Below are positions 29,503 through 38,922 of a DNA stretch of 64,000 bases, piece by piece. The stretch spans positions 544,001-608,000 of the forward strand of contig CAWANH010000029.1 of assembly GCA_963783375.1 (NCBI GenBank), in the 5' to 3' direction. A model generated the notes under the pieces. It saw only the letters and a list, made by a program, of their open reading frames with translations. It searched no databases and had not been told where the DNA came from. Origin of the DNA: Candidatus Eiseniibacteriota bacterium. Lineage in GTDB: Bacteria > Eisenbacteria > RBG-16-71-46 > JABDJR01. The translations under genes were made by a program, and so were the position numbers. Numbering within the stretch: the stretch's first letter is position 1; every line of letters begins with the position of its first letter.

Positions 29503-30695
29503 CAGGTGGGCACCTCACCGGCCAGGGCCAGTTCCACCCGACGAAGCTTCAGGGGCCAGTGCGGGTCGGCGTCGACACCGGTCAGGTGGATCCGGATCTC
29601 CGGCGCGGGATCCCAGCGCCGCCAGGGAGAGGCGTCGGTCTCGAAGGTCGCGGCGAGGAGCGCCTTGGGAAGAACCAGGCTCCCGGTGAACCCCACCCCC
29701 TCGCCCCGGGCCTGCACCAGTTTCCAGCCCGCCCCCTCATCGTGCCAGAACAGCGCGGCCGATGCCCCCAGCTCGTCGAGCACCGGGGTGGACCAGGCGG
29801 CCAGGGCCTGGCCGTCGGCCTGGGGGTCGGGCAGTCCATGGGCGGCCAGGGCGTGGGCCCGGCGCCGCCACCCCATGAGATCGCGGAGCGCCATGTCCTC
29901 GGCCACGCGGGCCAGAGCGTCGAGGTTCACCCGCCCCCCGGCCTCACCCACCCCGGTCAGACGGAACCGCCCCCAGGAGGAGGGAATCTCTATGCCGGCT
30001 CCCGGCTCCCTCGAGTCGGCGCCGCCGGGAGCCGCACCCACGGCCACCCAGGGAACCCAGACCTCGGTCATGCCGTCCCACCAGAGGACGGCCGCGGCGT
30101 CCTCCCCGATCGCCTGCCGAACCAGGTAGCGGAAGGAATCCTCCGGGTGCTTCCAGATGTCGGGGGGCGGCGCCGCGTCGCCGGGTGGGGGGGCCGGAGA
30201 GCTTGGATCGGCGGTCACGTTGAACTCCTTGGATTGATAGGGCGTTGAACGATTGCTTTCAGGCAATTTCGAGGCTGCGGCGACCGGCTCGACGGGATCG
30301 CTTCCGGGCACGGCGGCCACGGTGGAGGTGGGCTCGGGACCGGGGGCGGAGACCGCCGCCCAGCTCGCCCGGGCCTGCTCCAGGGCCGAGGTCACCAGCG
30401 TGCGCTCCCGCCCCACGTCGTCGGGATGGATGATCCGTGCTCCCACCTGGCGCCAGGCCTCCGCCATCTCCGCCGCCGGTCCCCCGCCTCGGGCCGGCAC
30501 AACCACCACGTCGTCGGGACGGGGCCGGGGAGGCTCGGTAAGCGCCGGAAACTCCGCCAGAGAGGCCAGGCAGAGGATCAGCGCCTCGGGATCGGGGTGG
30601 ACGGCGAGAACCTCGGGACGAGGATCCATGAGGGAGACTTGCGACAGGACGTCCACGTCGTCCTCGCCGAGGCCCAAGAGTACGAGTCTGGACAT
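29499..30695 (-). CDS. Hypothetical protein (398 aa)
   Basis: Fills the gap between GT9 and mutL, RBS GGAG, 4-bp overlap with mutL; Pro-rich linker. Confidence 0.7.
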   Translation of the reverse strand: MSRLVLLGLGEDDVDVLSQVSLMDPRPEVLAVHPDPEALILCLASLAEFPALTEPPRPRPDDVVVVPARGGGPAAEMAEAWRQVGARIIHPDDVGRERTLVTSALEQARASWAAVSAPGPEPTSTVAAVPGSDPVEPVAAASKLPESNRSTPYQSKEFNVTADPSSPAPPPGDAAPPPDIWKHPEDSFRYLVRQAIGEDAAAVLWWDGMTEVWVPWVAVGAAPGGADSREPGAGIEIPSSWGRFRLTGVGEAGGRVNLDALARVAEDMALRDLMGWRRRAHALAAHGLPDPQADGQALAAWSTPVLDELGASAALFWHDEGAGWKLVQARGEGVGFTGSLVLPKALLAATFETDASPWRRWDPAPEIRIHLTGVDADPHWPLKLRRVELALAGEVPTW

Positions 30696-30700
30696 GGTTG

Positions 30701-31753
30701 CTACTCCAAGTTGCGGGTCTCAAGGGAATTCGACCGGTCGGCGGGGCTACCATCGGAGATCGAGAGCGCCGCCTCGACCACCCGGTCCGCCCCGATCTCG
30801 AGCATGCAGCGGAAGTGCCTCCGCGGACAGCGCGGTCCCCCGTGCAGGGAGCAGGGGCGGCACGAGAGCCCCTCGATCGCCAGCACCCGGTGACCCGGGC
30901 CCACCGGCGCGAACCCAAAGGATCGCACGGTCGGACCGAAGATTGCCACCACCGGGGTGCCCACCGCCGCCGCGACGTGCATGAGCCCGGTATCCCCGGT
31001 GACCACCCCGGAGAGGCGGGCCAGGTACGCAGCCACCTGCGGGAGGTCCGGCTCCAGGATCGGCGTCCACTCGCCCCCGGCGGGCCACGCCTCCCGCCAG
31101 GCGTCTAGGAGCGCCTCCTCCCCCGGGCCGAAGAAGACCGGCACCGGCCCCCGCCCGGCCCCGGCCAGGCGGCGGCCCACCTCCACGAAACGCTCCAGCG
31201 GCCAGCGCTTGGTGGCGTGGCGGGCTCCGGGAACCATACCCAACCGACCGGGGCCGGGAATCCGTCCCGCGGCCCCGGCCCTGAGCGTTGGGGACGGGAA
31301 GAGGGCGGGGAGGGCGTTCGAGCCCGGGAGCACGGCTTCCGCGAACGCCCGGGCCACGCGGAATTCCGGTGGAGGGCCGAAGCGCCGGGTGAGGACCAGG
31401 AGACGGCGGCGAACGTCGTGGCGCTCGGGACGGTGGACCTGCGACACCCCGGCCAGCCCGAGAAGCAGTCGCGTGCGCGGCGAGGCCTGGAGATCGAAGG
31501 CCTCGGCGAAGCGTTCCCGACGAAGTCGCGCTGCCCAGGCCCGGATCCCGGACGGTCCCCGTTCCCCGGAAGGCCACGCCCAAACCCGCCGGACCGCGGG
31601 GTGCCCGTCCCAGAGCGAAGCCCACTCCGCCTTCACCAGGACGTCCACCGACCCGTCCCCCCACCGCTCCCGCGCCGCGGAAGCGGCCGCGGTGGAGAGC
31701 ACCACGTCCCCCAGGGAGCCGAGGCGGATGAGGAGGCGAGGCTCGGCGGTCAC
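30701..31753 (-). CDS. GT9 LPS heptosyltransferase (WaaF-like)
   Basis: IRLGSLGDVVL, FDLQ, KRWP, GDTGLMHVAAA, IFGPT, CRPCSLHG. Confidence 0.88.
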   Translation of the reverse strand: MTAEPRLLIRLGSLGDVVLSTAAASAARERWGDGSVDVLVKAEWASLWDGHPAVRRVWAWPSGERGPSGIRAWAARLRRERFAEAFDLQASPRTRLLLGLAGVSQVHRPERHDVRRRLLVLTRRFGPPPEFRVARAFAEAVLPGSNALPALFPSPTLRAGAAGRIPGPGRLGMVPGARHATKRWPLERFVEVGRRLAGAGRGPVPVFFGPGEEALLDAWREAWPAGGEWTPILEPDLPQVAAYLARLSGVVTGDTGLMHVAAAVGTPVVAIFGPTVRSFGFAPVGPGHRVLAIEGLSCRPCSLHGGPRCPRRHFRCMLEIGADRVVEAALSISDGSPADRSNSLETRNLE

Positions 31754-34320
31754 CCCCGTTTCGGCCGGGCCGCCGCCTTGTCCTGGGATGCCGACCCTCT
31801 CTTGCCGTCGGCGGGACGGCCCCGGGTCCCGGCCTTCTTCCGGGTCTGCTGCTTCTTCCGGCCCGTCCGCCGAAGGGCGGCCTCCAGGACTTCGCCGATG
31901 GTGTGGGCCAAGACGAACTGCATGTCCTTCCGCACCCCTTCGGGAACCTCGTCCAGCTCGGATTCGTTGTGGGCGGGAAGGATGACCCGCTTGATCCCCG
32001 CCCGCCGCGCCCCCAGCACCTTCGATTTGACTCCGCCGATGGGGAGCACGTTTCCGCGGAGGGAGATCTCCCCGGTCATGGCGGTGTCGGAGCGCACCGG
32101 CTGTCCGGTGAGCAGGGAGACCAGGGCGGTGACCATGGCCACCCCCGCCGAAGGCCCGTCCTTGGGCATGGCTCCGGCCGGAACGTGGATGTGGAAATCG
32201 GTCTGCTCGAATTCGGGCCGCTCCACCCCCAGATCATCGGCGTGGGAACGGACGTAGGAGAGCGCGGCGATGGCCGACTCCCGCATCACGTCGCCGAGCT
32301 GGCCGGTCAGGGTGAGGTTCCCCCGTCCCGGCATGCGCGTGGCCTCGACGAAGAGAATCTCCCCGCCGTAGGGGGTCCAGGCCAGACCGGTCACCACCCC
32401 GACCCGGTTCTTGCGTTCCCGCTTCTCGCGGAACACCTTGGACTGGCCCAGGTAGTCGGCGATGTTCTTCCGGGTGACCGAGGCCTTCACCCGTTTCCCG
32501 CGGGCCACCCGCGTGGCCACCTTGCGGGCCACCCGGTTGATCTGGCGCTCCAGCTCCCGGACCCCCGCCTCGTGGGTATACTCGTTGGCGATGGTGGAAA
32601 GGGCGGAGCGGGCGATCCGGAGGTGCTTGCCGCCGATGCCGTTGTCGGCCAGGGCCCGCGGCACCAGGTAGCGCCGGGCGATCTCCACCTTGTCCTGGGT
32701 GGTGTAGCCGGGAAGCTCGATCACTTCCATGCGGTCCCGGAGCGGGCCGGGGATGGAGTAGAGCACGTTGGCGGTGGTGATGAAGAGAACCCGGGAGAGA
32801 TCGTAGGGAACGTTCAGGTAGTTGTCCTGGAAGCTGTTGTTCTGCGCCGGGTCGAGCACCTCGAGGAGCGCCGAGGTGGGATCGCCGCGGAAGTCCGCGC
32901 CCACCTTGTCCACCTCGTCCAGCATGAACACCGGGTCGGGGGACTTGGCCGACGCCACCCCCTGGACGATCCGTCCGGGCATGGCTCCGATGTAGGTGCG
33001 CCGGTGGCCCCGGATCTCCGCCTCGTCGTGGAGGCCGCCCAGGGACAGGCGCACGAAAGGCCGCCCCAGCGCCCGCGCGATCGACTGGCCGAGGGAGGTC
33101 TTCCCCACTCCGGGCGGCCCCGACAGGCAGAGGATGGGGCTTCGGGGATGCTGGGTGAGCTTCCGCACGGCAAGGTACTCGATGATCCGCTCTTTCACCT
33201 CGGTCAGGTCGAAGTGGTCCTGGTTCAGGATCGCCTCCGCCTTGGCGATATCGATGGCCGGGCGCTTCACCCCCTTCCACGGCACCTGGAGCATCCAGTC
33301 GATGTAGGTGCGGGCCACGGTGTACTCCGCGGCCTGGGGCGGCATGACCTTCAGGCGGTCGAATTCCTTCAGGGTGGCCTCGTGGGCCGCCTCCGGCATC
33401 TCCGCCTCATCGATCCGCTTCATGAGCTCGGCCAGCTCGGGATTCTCCTCCTCCCCGCCCAGCTCCTTCTGGATGGCCTTCAGCTGCTGACGCAGGTAGA
33501 ACTCGCGCTGGGTCTTCTCCATCTCGCTCTGGACCTGATCCTGGATCCGGCGCCCCAGGGCAAGGATGTCCAGCTCCCGCACCATGAAGGCGGTGACCCG
33601 CTCCAGCCGCTTCTCCGAGTCCCGCTCCTCGAGGAGCGCCAGCTTGTCGGTCAGCTTGAGGTTGAGATTCGCTCCGAGGAAGTCGGCCAACCGACCCGGG
33701 TCGTCCACGTTCAGAGCGACCACCTTGAGTTCCTCGGACAGATACCCGGTGGCGTCCACCAGCTTCTGGAAGAGCTCGAGCGCGTTCCGACGGAGCGCTT
33801 CCCCGCGACGCGAGACCTGCTTTTCCCCCGTCACCACCTCCACCCGTCCCTTGAGGAAGGGGCTCTGCTGGATCAGCTCCACCAGCTTGATCCGGGCCAC
33901 TCCCTGGACCAGGAGACGCATCCCGCCGTCCGGAAAGCGCAGCATCTTGTGGATGATGGCCGCGGTTCCGGTGCCGGACAGCTCGGAAACCGAGGCCACC
34001 GGGCGGGCCCGCGCCCCGACCTCGGAGCTTTCTCCCTCGTGATTCCGCCTCCCGGCGGCGCCGTCCCTTCCCGGGTCGTTCGGGGAGTCCGCCTCCGGGC
34101 CCCCCTCATCCTCCCCGGCTTCCACCGTGAACAACCCGATCATCTTGCTCCCGGCCAGGGCCTCGTCGATCGGGTCCAGGAGCTCCCGATCGCTCACCAC
34201 CAGGGGAAACATCATGTACGGGAAGGCCACCACGTCCTTGAGGGGAACCAGGGGGAGGACGGTGGGGATCTCGAGCGACTGACCGGAGTCGGTCTTGACC
34301 GTTATCGTCGAATCAACCAT
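31750..34320 (-). CDS. lon: Lon protease
   Basis: LON N-domain, GPPGVGKTS, GHRRTYIGA, PKDGPSAG catalytic Ser, GGVKSK. Confidence 0.97.
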   Translation of the reverse strand: MVDSTITVKTDSGQSLEIPTVLPLVPLKDVVAFPYMMFPLVVSDRELLDPIDEALAGSKMIGLFTVEAGEDEGGPEADSPNDPGRDGAAGRRNHEGESSEVGARARPVASVSELSGTGTAAIIHKMLRFPDGGMRLLVQGVARIKLVELIQQSPFLKGRVEVVTGEKQVSRRGEALRRNALELFQKLVDATGYLSEELKVVALNVDDPGRLADFLGANLNLKLTDKLALLEERDSEKRLERVTAFMVRELDILALGRRIQDQVQSEMEKTQREFYLRQQLKAIQKELGGEEENPELAELMKRIDEAEMPEAAHEATLKEFDRLKVMPPQAAEYTVARTYIDWMLQVPWKGVKRPAIDIAKAEAILNQDHFDLTEVKERIIEYLAVRKLTQHPRSPILCLSGPPGVGKTSLGQSIARALGRPFVRLSLGGLHDEAEIRGHRRTYIGAMPGRIVQGVASAKSPDPVFMLDEVDKVGADFRGDPTSALLEVLDPAQNNSFQDNYLNVPYDLSRVLFITTANVLYSIPGPLRDRMEVIELPGYTTQDKVEIARRYLVPRALADNGIGGKHLRIARSALSTIANEYTHEAGVRELERQINRVARKVATRVARGKRVKASVTRKNIADYLGQSKVFREKRERKNRVGVVTGLAWTPYGGEILFVEATRMPGRGNLTLTGQLGDVMRESAIAALSYVRSHADDLGVERPEFEQTDFHIHVPAGAMPKDGPSAGVAMVTALVSLLTGQPVRSDTAMTGEISLRGNVLPIGGVKSKVLGARRAGIKRVILPAHNESELDEVPEGVRKDMQFVLAHTIGEVLEAALRRTGRKKQQTRKKAGTRGRPADGKRGSASQDKAAARPKRG

Positions 34321-34325
34321 CGTCC

Positions 34326-34754
34326 CTATTCCACCTCAATTTGATGTTCCTGGGCTTTCGCCCGGGGACGGGCCTTGAGCCGGATCTCCAGCACCCCGTC
34401 GCGGTAAGTCGCCGCCGCGGCCGCGGCGGCAAAGCTCTCGGGCACCTGAATGCTTCGGGCGAAGGGGCCCATCGCGATTTCCATCTTATGAAAGGTCTTC
34501 CGGCCGGGGGGCGTGTCGTCCCGCCGGAGTCCCCGAACGTGGACGATCCGGGAGCGCATGATCACCTGGATGTCCTCGCGGTTCACCCCGCTCAAGTCCA
34601 TCCGGATCACGAACTCGGTGTCCGTCTCGTAGGCGTCGGTGGCCGGATACCACACCACATCGGCCTCCACGCTGCTCCGGCCCGGTTCCAGAAACAGGTG
34701 CTCCACCAGCTCCCGGAAATTTCCCCATCGGTCTTCGAAATCACCGTCTACCAC
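34326..34754 (-). CDS. Hsp20/alpha-crystallin small heat shock protein
   Basis: PATDAYET, MDLSGV..EDI, EIAMGPFARSI, ATYRDGVLEI. Confidence 0.9.
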   Translation of the reverse strand: MVDGDFEDRWGNFRELVEHLFLEPGRSSVEADVVWYPATDAYETDTEFVIRMDLSGVNREDIQVIMRSRIVHVRGLRRDDTPPGRKTFHKMEIAMGPFARSIQVPESFAAAAAAATYRDGVLEIRLKARPRAKAQEHQIEVE

Positions 34755-34764
34755 GGTACGTCTC

Positions 34765-35145
34765 CTACCAGGAGGTCTCTTCGTCCATGCTCTGATCGAA
34801 CGCCATGACCCCGCCGAAGTCCTCCTTGCGGTCCTCGTCGGTCTTGGCCATGAGGCCCACCTCGATCAGGTTGTATACCACCTCGCCCACGTCCTCGCCC
34901 CGCTTGAGGCCCCAGAAGTTCAACACCGAGCGGGCCATGGGCCCGTACTCCCGGATGGCCATCTCCCGGACTCCCTTGAGGAGTTGCGGCCCGGTGAGAT
35001 GCTCCTTCTCCCTGCCCCGGTGATGGGTGCGCTGGAAGAAATCCAGGGCTGCCTGCACGAAGAAGTAGGCCTCCCGGGCGTAGCGGGTGTCGCGTTCCAG
35101 CACCCGGTCCAGGGTGGCTTCGTAGTCCTCGTCGCTCCCGCTCAT
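34765..35145 (-). CDS. Minf_1886-family protein (uncharacterised)
   Basis: DTRYAREAYFFV, HLTGPQLL, YGPMARSVLNFWG, DVGEVVYNLI, EDRKEDF. Confidence 0.8.
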   Translation of the reverse strand: MSGSDEDYEATLDRVLERDTRYAREAYFFVQAALDFFQRTHHRGREKEHLTGPQLLKGVREMAIREYGPMARSVLNFWGLKRGEDVGEVVYNLIEVGLMAKTDEDRKEDFGGVMAFDQSMDEETSW

Positions 35146-35146
35146 C

Positions 35147-36802
35147 TCAACCCACCACCGATTCCGGCTGCGGAATGGTATCGCTCCAGCTCACGTCGCC
35201 GATGCGGCCGAGGACGGAGTCCCGGCGGAAGTGCACGTCGTCCGGAGCGGGATAGTCCCGGTTGATGTGCAACCCGCGGCTCTCCTTCCTGGCGCCGGCC
35301 ATTCGAAGGATGATGTCGGCGATCAGGGTGATGTTGCGGAGCTCCAGAAGGTCCGGATCCACCTCGAAACGCCGGTAGAACCGCTCCACGTCCTGGCGGA
35401 TGAGAGCCAGCCGCGGTGCGGCGGCGGTCAGGCGCTCGTCGGAGCGCGCGATCCCCAGGTAGTCCCACATCAACCGGCGGACCGCGTCCCAGTTGTGATT
35501 GATGATGACGTCCTCCCGGGGTTGGCCGCTGCTGGGCACGACCCAGGGATCGGCCCGGGGGGGCGGAGAGCCCTCCACCCAGGGGCGCAGATCGTGGGCG
35601 GCCCGGTGTGAGAATACCAGGGCTTCCAGGAGGGAGTTCGAGGCCAGACGGTTGGCGCCGTGAAGGCCGGTGTGCGCCACCTCCCCCACCGCATAGAGCC
35701 GGGGGATATCGGTGGCTCCGTTGAGTCGTGCGCGCACCCCGCCGCACATGTAGTGCGCGGCGGGAACCACCGGGATCGGCTCGGTGGCCGGATCGATCCC
35801 GTAGGAGCGGCACCCCTGGACCACCTGGGGGAACCGCTTTTCGAGGAAGGCGCCCCCGAGGGCGGTGGCGTCGAGCCAGACATGATTCTCTCCCCGGGTC
35901 TTCATCTCGAAGTCGATGGCCCGGGCCACGATGTCCCGAGGGGCCAGATCGCCGCGGGAGTCGTGGGCCTTCATGAACTCCTCGCCGTCCAGGCGGCGAA
36001 GCACCGCGCCTTCCCCACGCAGGGCTTCGGTGATCAGGAATCGCTTGGCCCGGGGGTGATAGAGGCAGGTGGGGTGGAACTGGATGAACTCCAGGTTCGA
36101 CACCCGCGCCCCGGCCCGGAAGGCCATCGCCACGCCGTCCCCGGTGGCGATGTCCGGGTTGCTGGTGTACAGGTACACCTTCCCGCATCCGCCCGAAGCC
36201 AGGACGGTGGCCTTGGCCTGGAACGGGATCACCGAACGGTGGTCGGGGGTGAGGACGTAGGCCCCCCAGCAGGCTTCTCCGTCCTCGGAAGTGCCCCGGG
36301 ACATGCGCGAGGCGAGGATCAGGTCAACTGCGAAGAAGTGCTCCAGCATGGTGATGTTGCCGCGGGCGGCCACCGCGGCCAGGAGCGCCTTCTCCACCGC
36401 GGCCCCGGTGCGGTCGGCGGCGTGGACGATGCGTCGCTTGGAGTGGCCGCCTTCGCGACCCAGCTCGAGGTTCCCGTTGCCGGCGCGGCTGAACTCGACC
36501 CCCATCTCCATCAGCTTCCGCACCAGGGGGGAACCCTCTTCGACCACCATCTGCACCACGTCGGGGTGGCAGAGCCCCGCCCCCGCGATGAGGGTGTCCC
36601 GGGCATGGAGGTCGGCGTGGTCCTCGGGATCCAGGACCGCGGCGATCCCCCCCTGGGCGTAGTTGGTGTTGGACTCCGCCCGCTCCTTTTTCGTGATCAC
36701 GGTAACCGAGCCCCACTGGCTGGCTTGGAGAGCGCACCAGAGGCCGGCCAGTCCCGAGCCGATGATCAGGGTGTCGGTGTAGCGGGGGGCTTCGATCACC
36801 AT
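35147..36802 (-). CDS. nadB: L-aspartate oxidase
   Basis: GSGLAG, AQGGIAAV, REGGHSKRRIVH, QFHPT, LAPRDIVAR, GLHGANRLASNSLLE. Confidence 0.96.
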   Translation of the reverse strand: MVIEAPRYTDTLIIGSGLAGLWCALQASQWGSVTVITKKERAESNTNYAQGGIAAVLDPEDHADLHARDTLIAGAGLCHPDVVQMVVEEGSPLVRKLMEMGVEFSRAGNGNLELGREGGHSKRRIVHAADRTGAAVEKALLAAVAARGNITMLEHFFAVDLILASRMSRGTSEDGEACWGAYVLTPDHRSVIPFQAKATVLASGGCGKVYLYTSNPDIATGDGVAMAFRAGARVSNLEFIQFHPTCLYHPRAKRFLITEALRGEGAVLRRLDGEEFMKAHDSRGDLAPRDIVARAIDFEMKTRGENHVWLDATALGGAFLEKRFPQVVQGCRSYGIDPATEPIPVVPAAHYMCGGVRARLNGATDIPRLYAVGEVAHTGLHGANRLASNSLLEALVFSHRAAHDLRPWVEGSPPPRADPWVVPSSGQPREDVIINHNWDAVRRLMWDYLGIARSDERLTAAAPRLALIRQDVERFYRRFEVDPDLLELRNITLIADIILRMAGARKESRGLHINRDYPAPDDVHFRRDSVLGRIGDVSWSDTIPQPESVVG

Positions 36803-36852
36803 GGCGGGGCCTTTATGGGTTGAACCGACTCAAGTTGGAGGACCAAAGGACG

Positions 36853-36881
36853 ATCATAGCGGAAGGGCTCCCCCCTCTCAA
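36853..36881 (-). promoter_or_regulatory. sigma70-type promoter of nadB
   Basis: TTGAGA, 17 nt spacer, TATGAT. Confidence 0.6.
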
Positions 36882-37160
36882 GCCGGCAGCCCGTCGGGAG
36901 ACCGACGGTCGGGGCCAAATACCCCACCGGCACGGAGGGCGCGCCGGGACGGTTCATGTCCCGGAGCCGGGGGTCCGATATCGGTATAGATCGAGGCGTC
37001 CGCCGCCGGGTTCCCCATGGCCCCGACCGGCTGACAGATCGCCTTCCGGTGCGGGATGCGGGAACCGATTCTCCGCCTCCCGGGCCTGCGGTCACCGAGT
37101 GCCGCGGCCGTCGCTTCCGCGTGGTCGACCCGGAGGCCTGTTCGACAAGGAGGAGAGAGG

Positions 37161-37808
37161 ATGAAAAACCATCGTCGTCTGCCCTGGGTGGTCGCGCTCG
37201 TCATGATTCTTGGAGTCACGGCTCTGGGTGTGACGGTCAACGGTTGCAAGGAACAGGGCGGCGATACCCGCAACATCGTGGACATCGTCTCGCTGAACGG
37301 GAACCAGCCGCTCTTGAGCGATGTCTACAACCTGGGTAGCAAGAAGGACGATCCCACCGACGACTTCATCCCCGTGGACGTGGTCGAGGTGACCTTCCAG
37401 AGCCGCCCCCACGACAGCGCGCTCACCATCCAGCCCGGCGAGCCCTTCGGATCGGTCCGGTTCTACGCCTACGACCTGGTCTGGGCGGACAAGAATCACG
37501 CCGACGGCGTCGACCTGGACGGGAACGGCTCGGTGGATCTGAAGAACGTCCGCGGCGGGGCCATGAACTCCGTGGTCCCGATCGGACAGACCGGTCAGGG
37601 CTCGATCCTGGTGGTGAGTGGAGGCGACAAGGTCCTTCCCCCCATCTCCTGCCTCGGCCCGGTGGGTGGCGCCTGTTCCGGCAACACCGCGGTGGAGTAC
37701 AAGGCGTCCGCCGAGATCACCTTCTACGGCGTCGAGGAGACGAGCGGCGACAAGATCACCCTGACCCGTGGGCTTGCCGTCGACATCGGCGATTACAGCG
37801 ACCAGTAG
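37161..37808 (+). CDS. Putative lipoprotein
   Basis: AAGGAGG RBS, ATG 37161, signal peptide with lipobox-like VNGC; beta-rich mature part with DLDGNGSVD. Confidence 0.8.
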   Translation: MKNHRRLPWVVALVMILGVTALGVTVNGCKEQGGDTRNIVDIVSLNGNQPLLSDVYNLGSKKDDPTDDFIPVDVVEVTFQSRPHDSALTIQPGEPFGSVRFYAYDLVWADKNHADGVDLDGNGSVDLKNVRGGAMNSVVPIGQTGQGSILVVSGGDKVLPPISCLGPVGGACSGNTAVEYKASAEITFYGVEETSGDKITLTRGLAVDIGDYSDQ

Positions 37809-37830
37809 AGCGCGGAACCAGACGGGTAGG

Positions 37831-37862
37831 ACGGGGACGGTCGTGAGGCCGTCCCCGTTTTC
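37831..37862 (+). terminator. Intrinsic terminator
   Basis: ACGGGGACGGTC-GTGA-GGCCGTCCCCGT hairpin followed by a T run, between convergent genes. Confidence 0.75.
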
Positions 37863-37877
37863 CTGCTCCCCCGGCGC

Positions 37878-38922
37878 TCAGGCGAGGAGCTCGCTCAGGA
37901 GCCGGTCCCAACCCCCCTCCACCTCCACCGAGGCTTCGACCACCAGCCACCCCGCCTCGGGGTCGGCCAGGTCCTCGAGCCGCATCCGGTCCTTGGTGGT
38001 GGTCACCGGGACCGATCCGCGCGAGCGCGCCGCGGTTTCTTCCGCCCGCACCTCGCGCTCGATGAACCGGTGGTGGTCTCGGTACTCGGACCACCCACGG
38101 ATCTCCGCGCCCGCCTCCTCCAGGAGAGCCCGGAAGCGCCGGGGACGGGCGATCCCCGCCACCCCGTGCACGGCCAGGCCGCGGAGGGACGGCGCGGCGG
38201 CGGCGGAGCCGCCGTGGAGAAGGGTGAGCCGCCCCGGCCGGGTCCACGCCCGGGAGCGGGGGCGTCCCGGCGCATGGAGATCGAGGAGCGCCCGCACCGA
38301 TTCGGTGATCGGGAGATCTTCCCGACCCCCGGTGAGGAGCACGTGATCCGCCCGGCGAAGGGCGCTCGGGGGGTTCGCGAAGGGGTCCGGCGGGGAGAAG
38401 CCGCCCGTTTCCCAGGGGGCTTGCCGCGTCGAGGAGAACCAGATCCCGGTTCCGGTGGAGCCGGCGATGCTGGAACCCGTCGTCGAGGATGAAGAGATCC
38501 ACCGATTCCCCCGCGTCGAGGTAGGCGCAGGCGCCGGCTCCCCGGTCCTTCCCCACCACCACCGGCACCTCGGGTAGGGCGCGACTGAGAAGCAACGGCT
38601 CGTCCCCCGCGGTGACGGCGGAGGCGGCGACCCCGGCCCACCGTCCGTCGCGAAGCACTCCCGAACCGTTGCCGCCATAGCCTCGGGTGAGGATGACCGG
38701 CCGCCGGCCCGAGCGGCGCGCGGCCTCGGCCAGCGCCCGGACCACCGGGGTCTTCCCCGTCCCCCCCACCACCAGGTTACCCACCGATAGCACCGGGACC
38801 GGCAGCCGCTCCACCGGCATCACCCCGCGATCGTGGAGACCGTGGAACACCGAGGCCCCGAGCCGGTAGGCGGGCTCCAGGAGACGCGCCCACCCGCCGG
38901 GGCCGTTCTCGAGATCCTTCAT
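37878..38922 (-). CDS. lpxK: Tetraacyldisaccharide 4'-kinase (frameshift in G6 run 38368-38373)
   Basis: SVGNLVVGGTGKTP, RGY, GDEP, LDDGFQH, LLPAGPLRE, then AGIARP, DHH, TTTKD in the next frame. Confidence 0.92.

Noticed and set aside
38368-38373. Programmed frameshift or phase variation in lpxK
   Set aside because: Single extra base in a G6 run of a normally essential gene; a homopolymer sequencing error is simpler.
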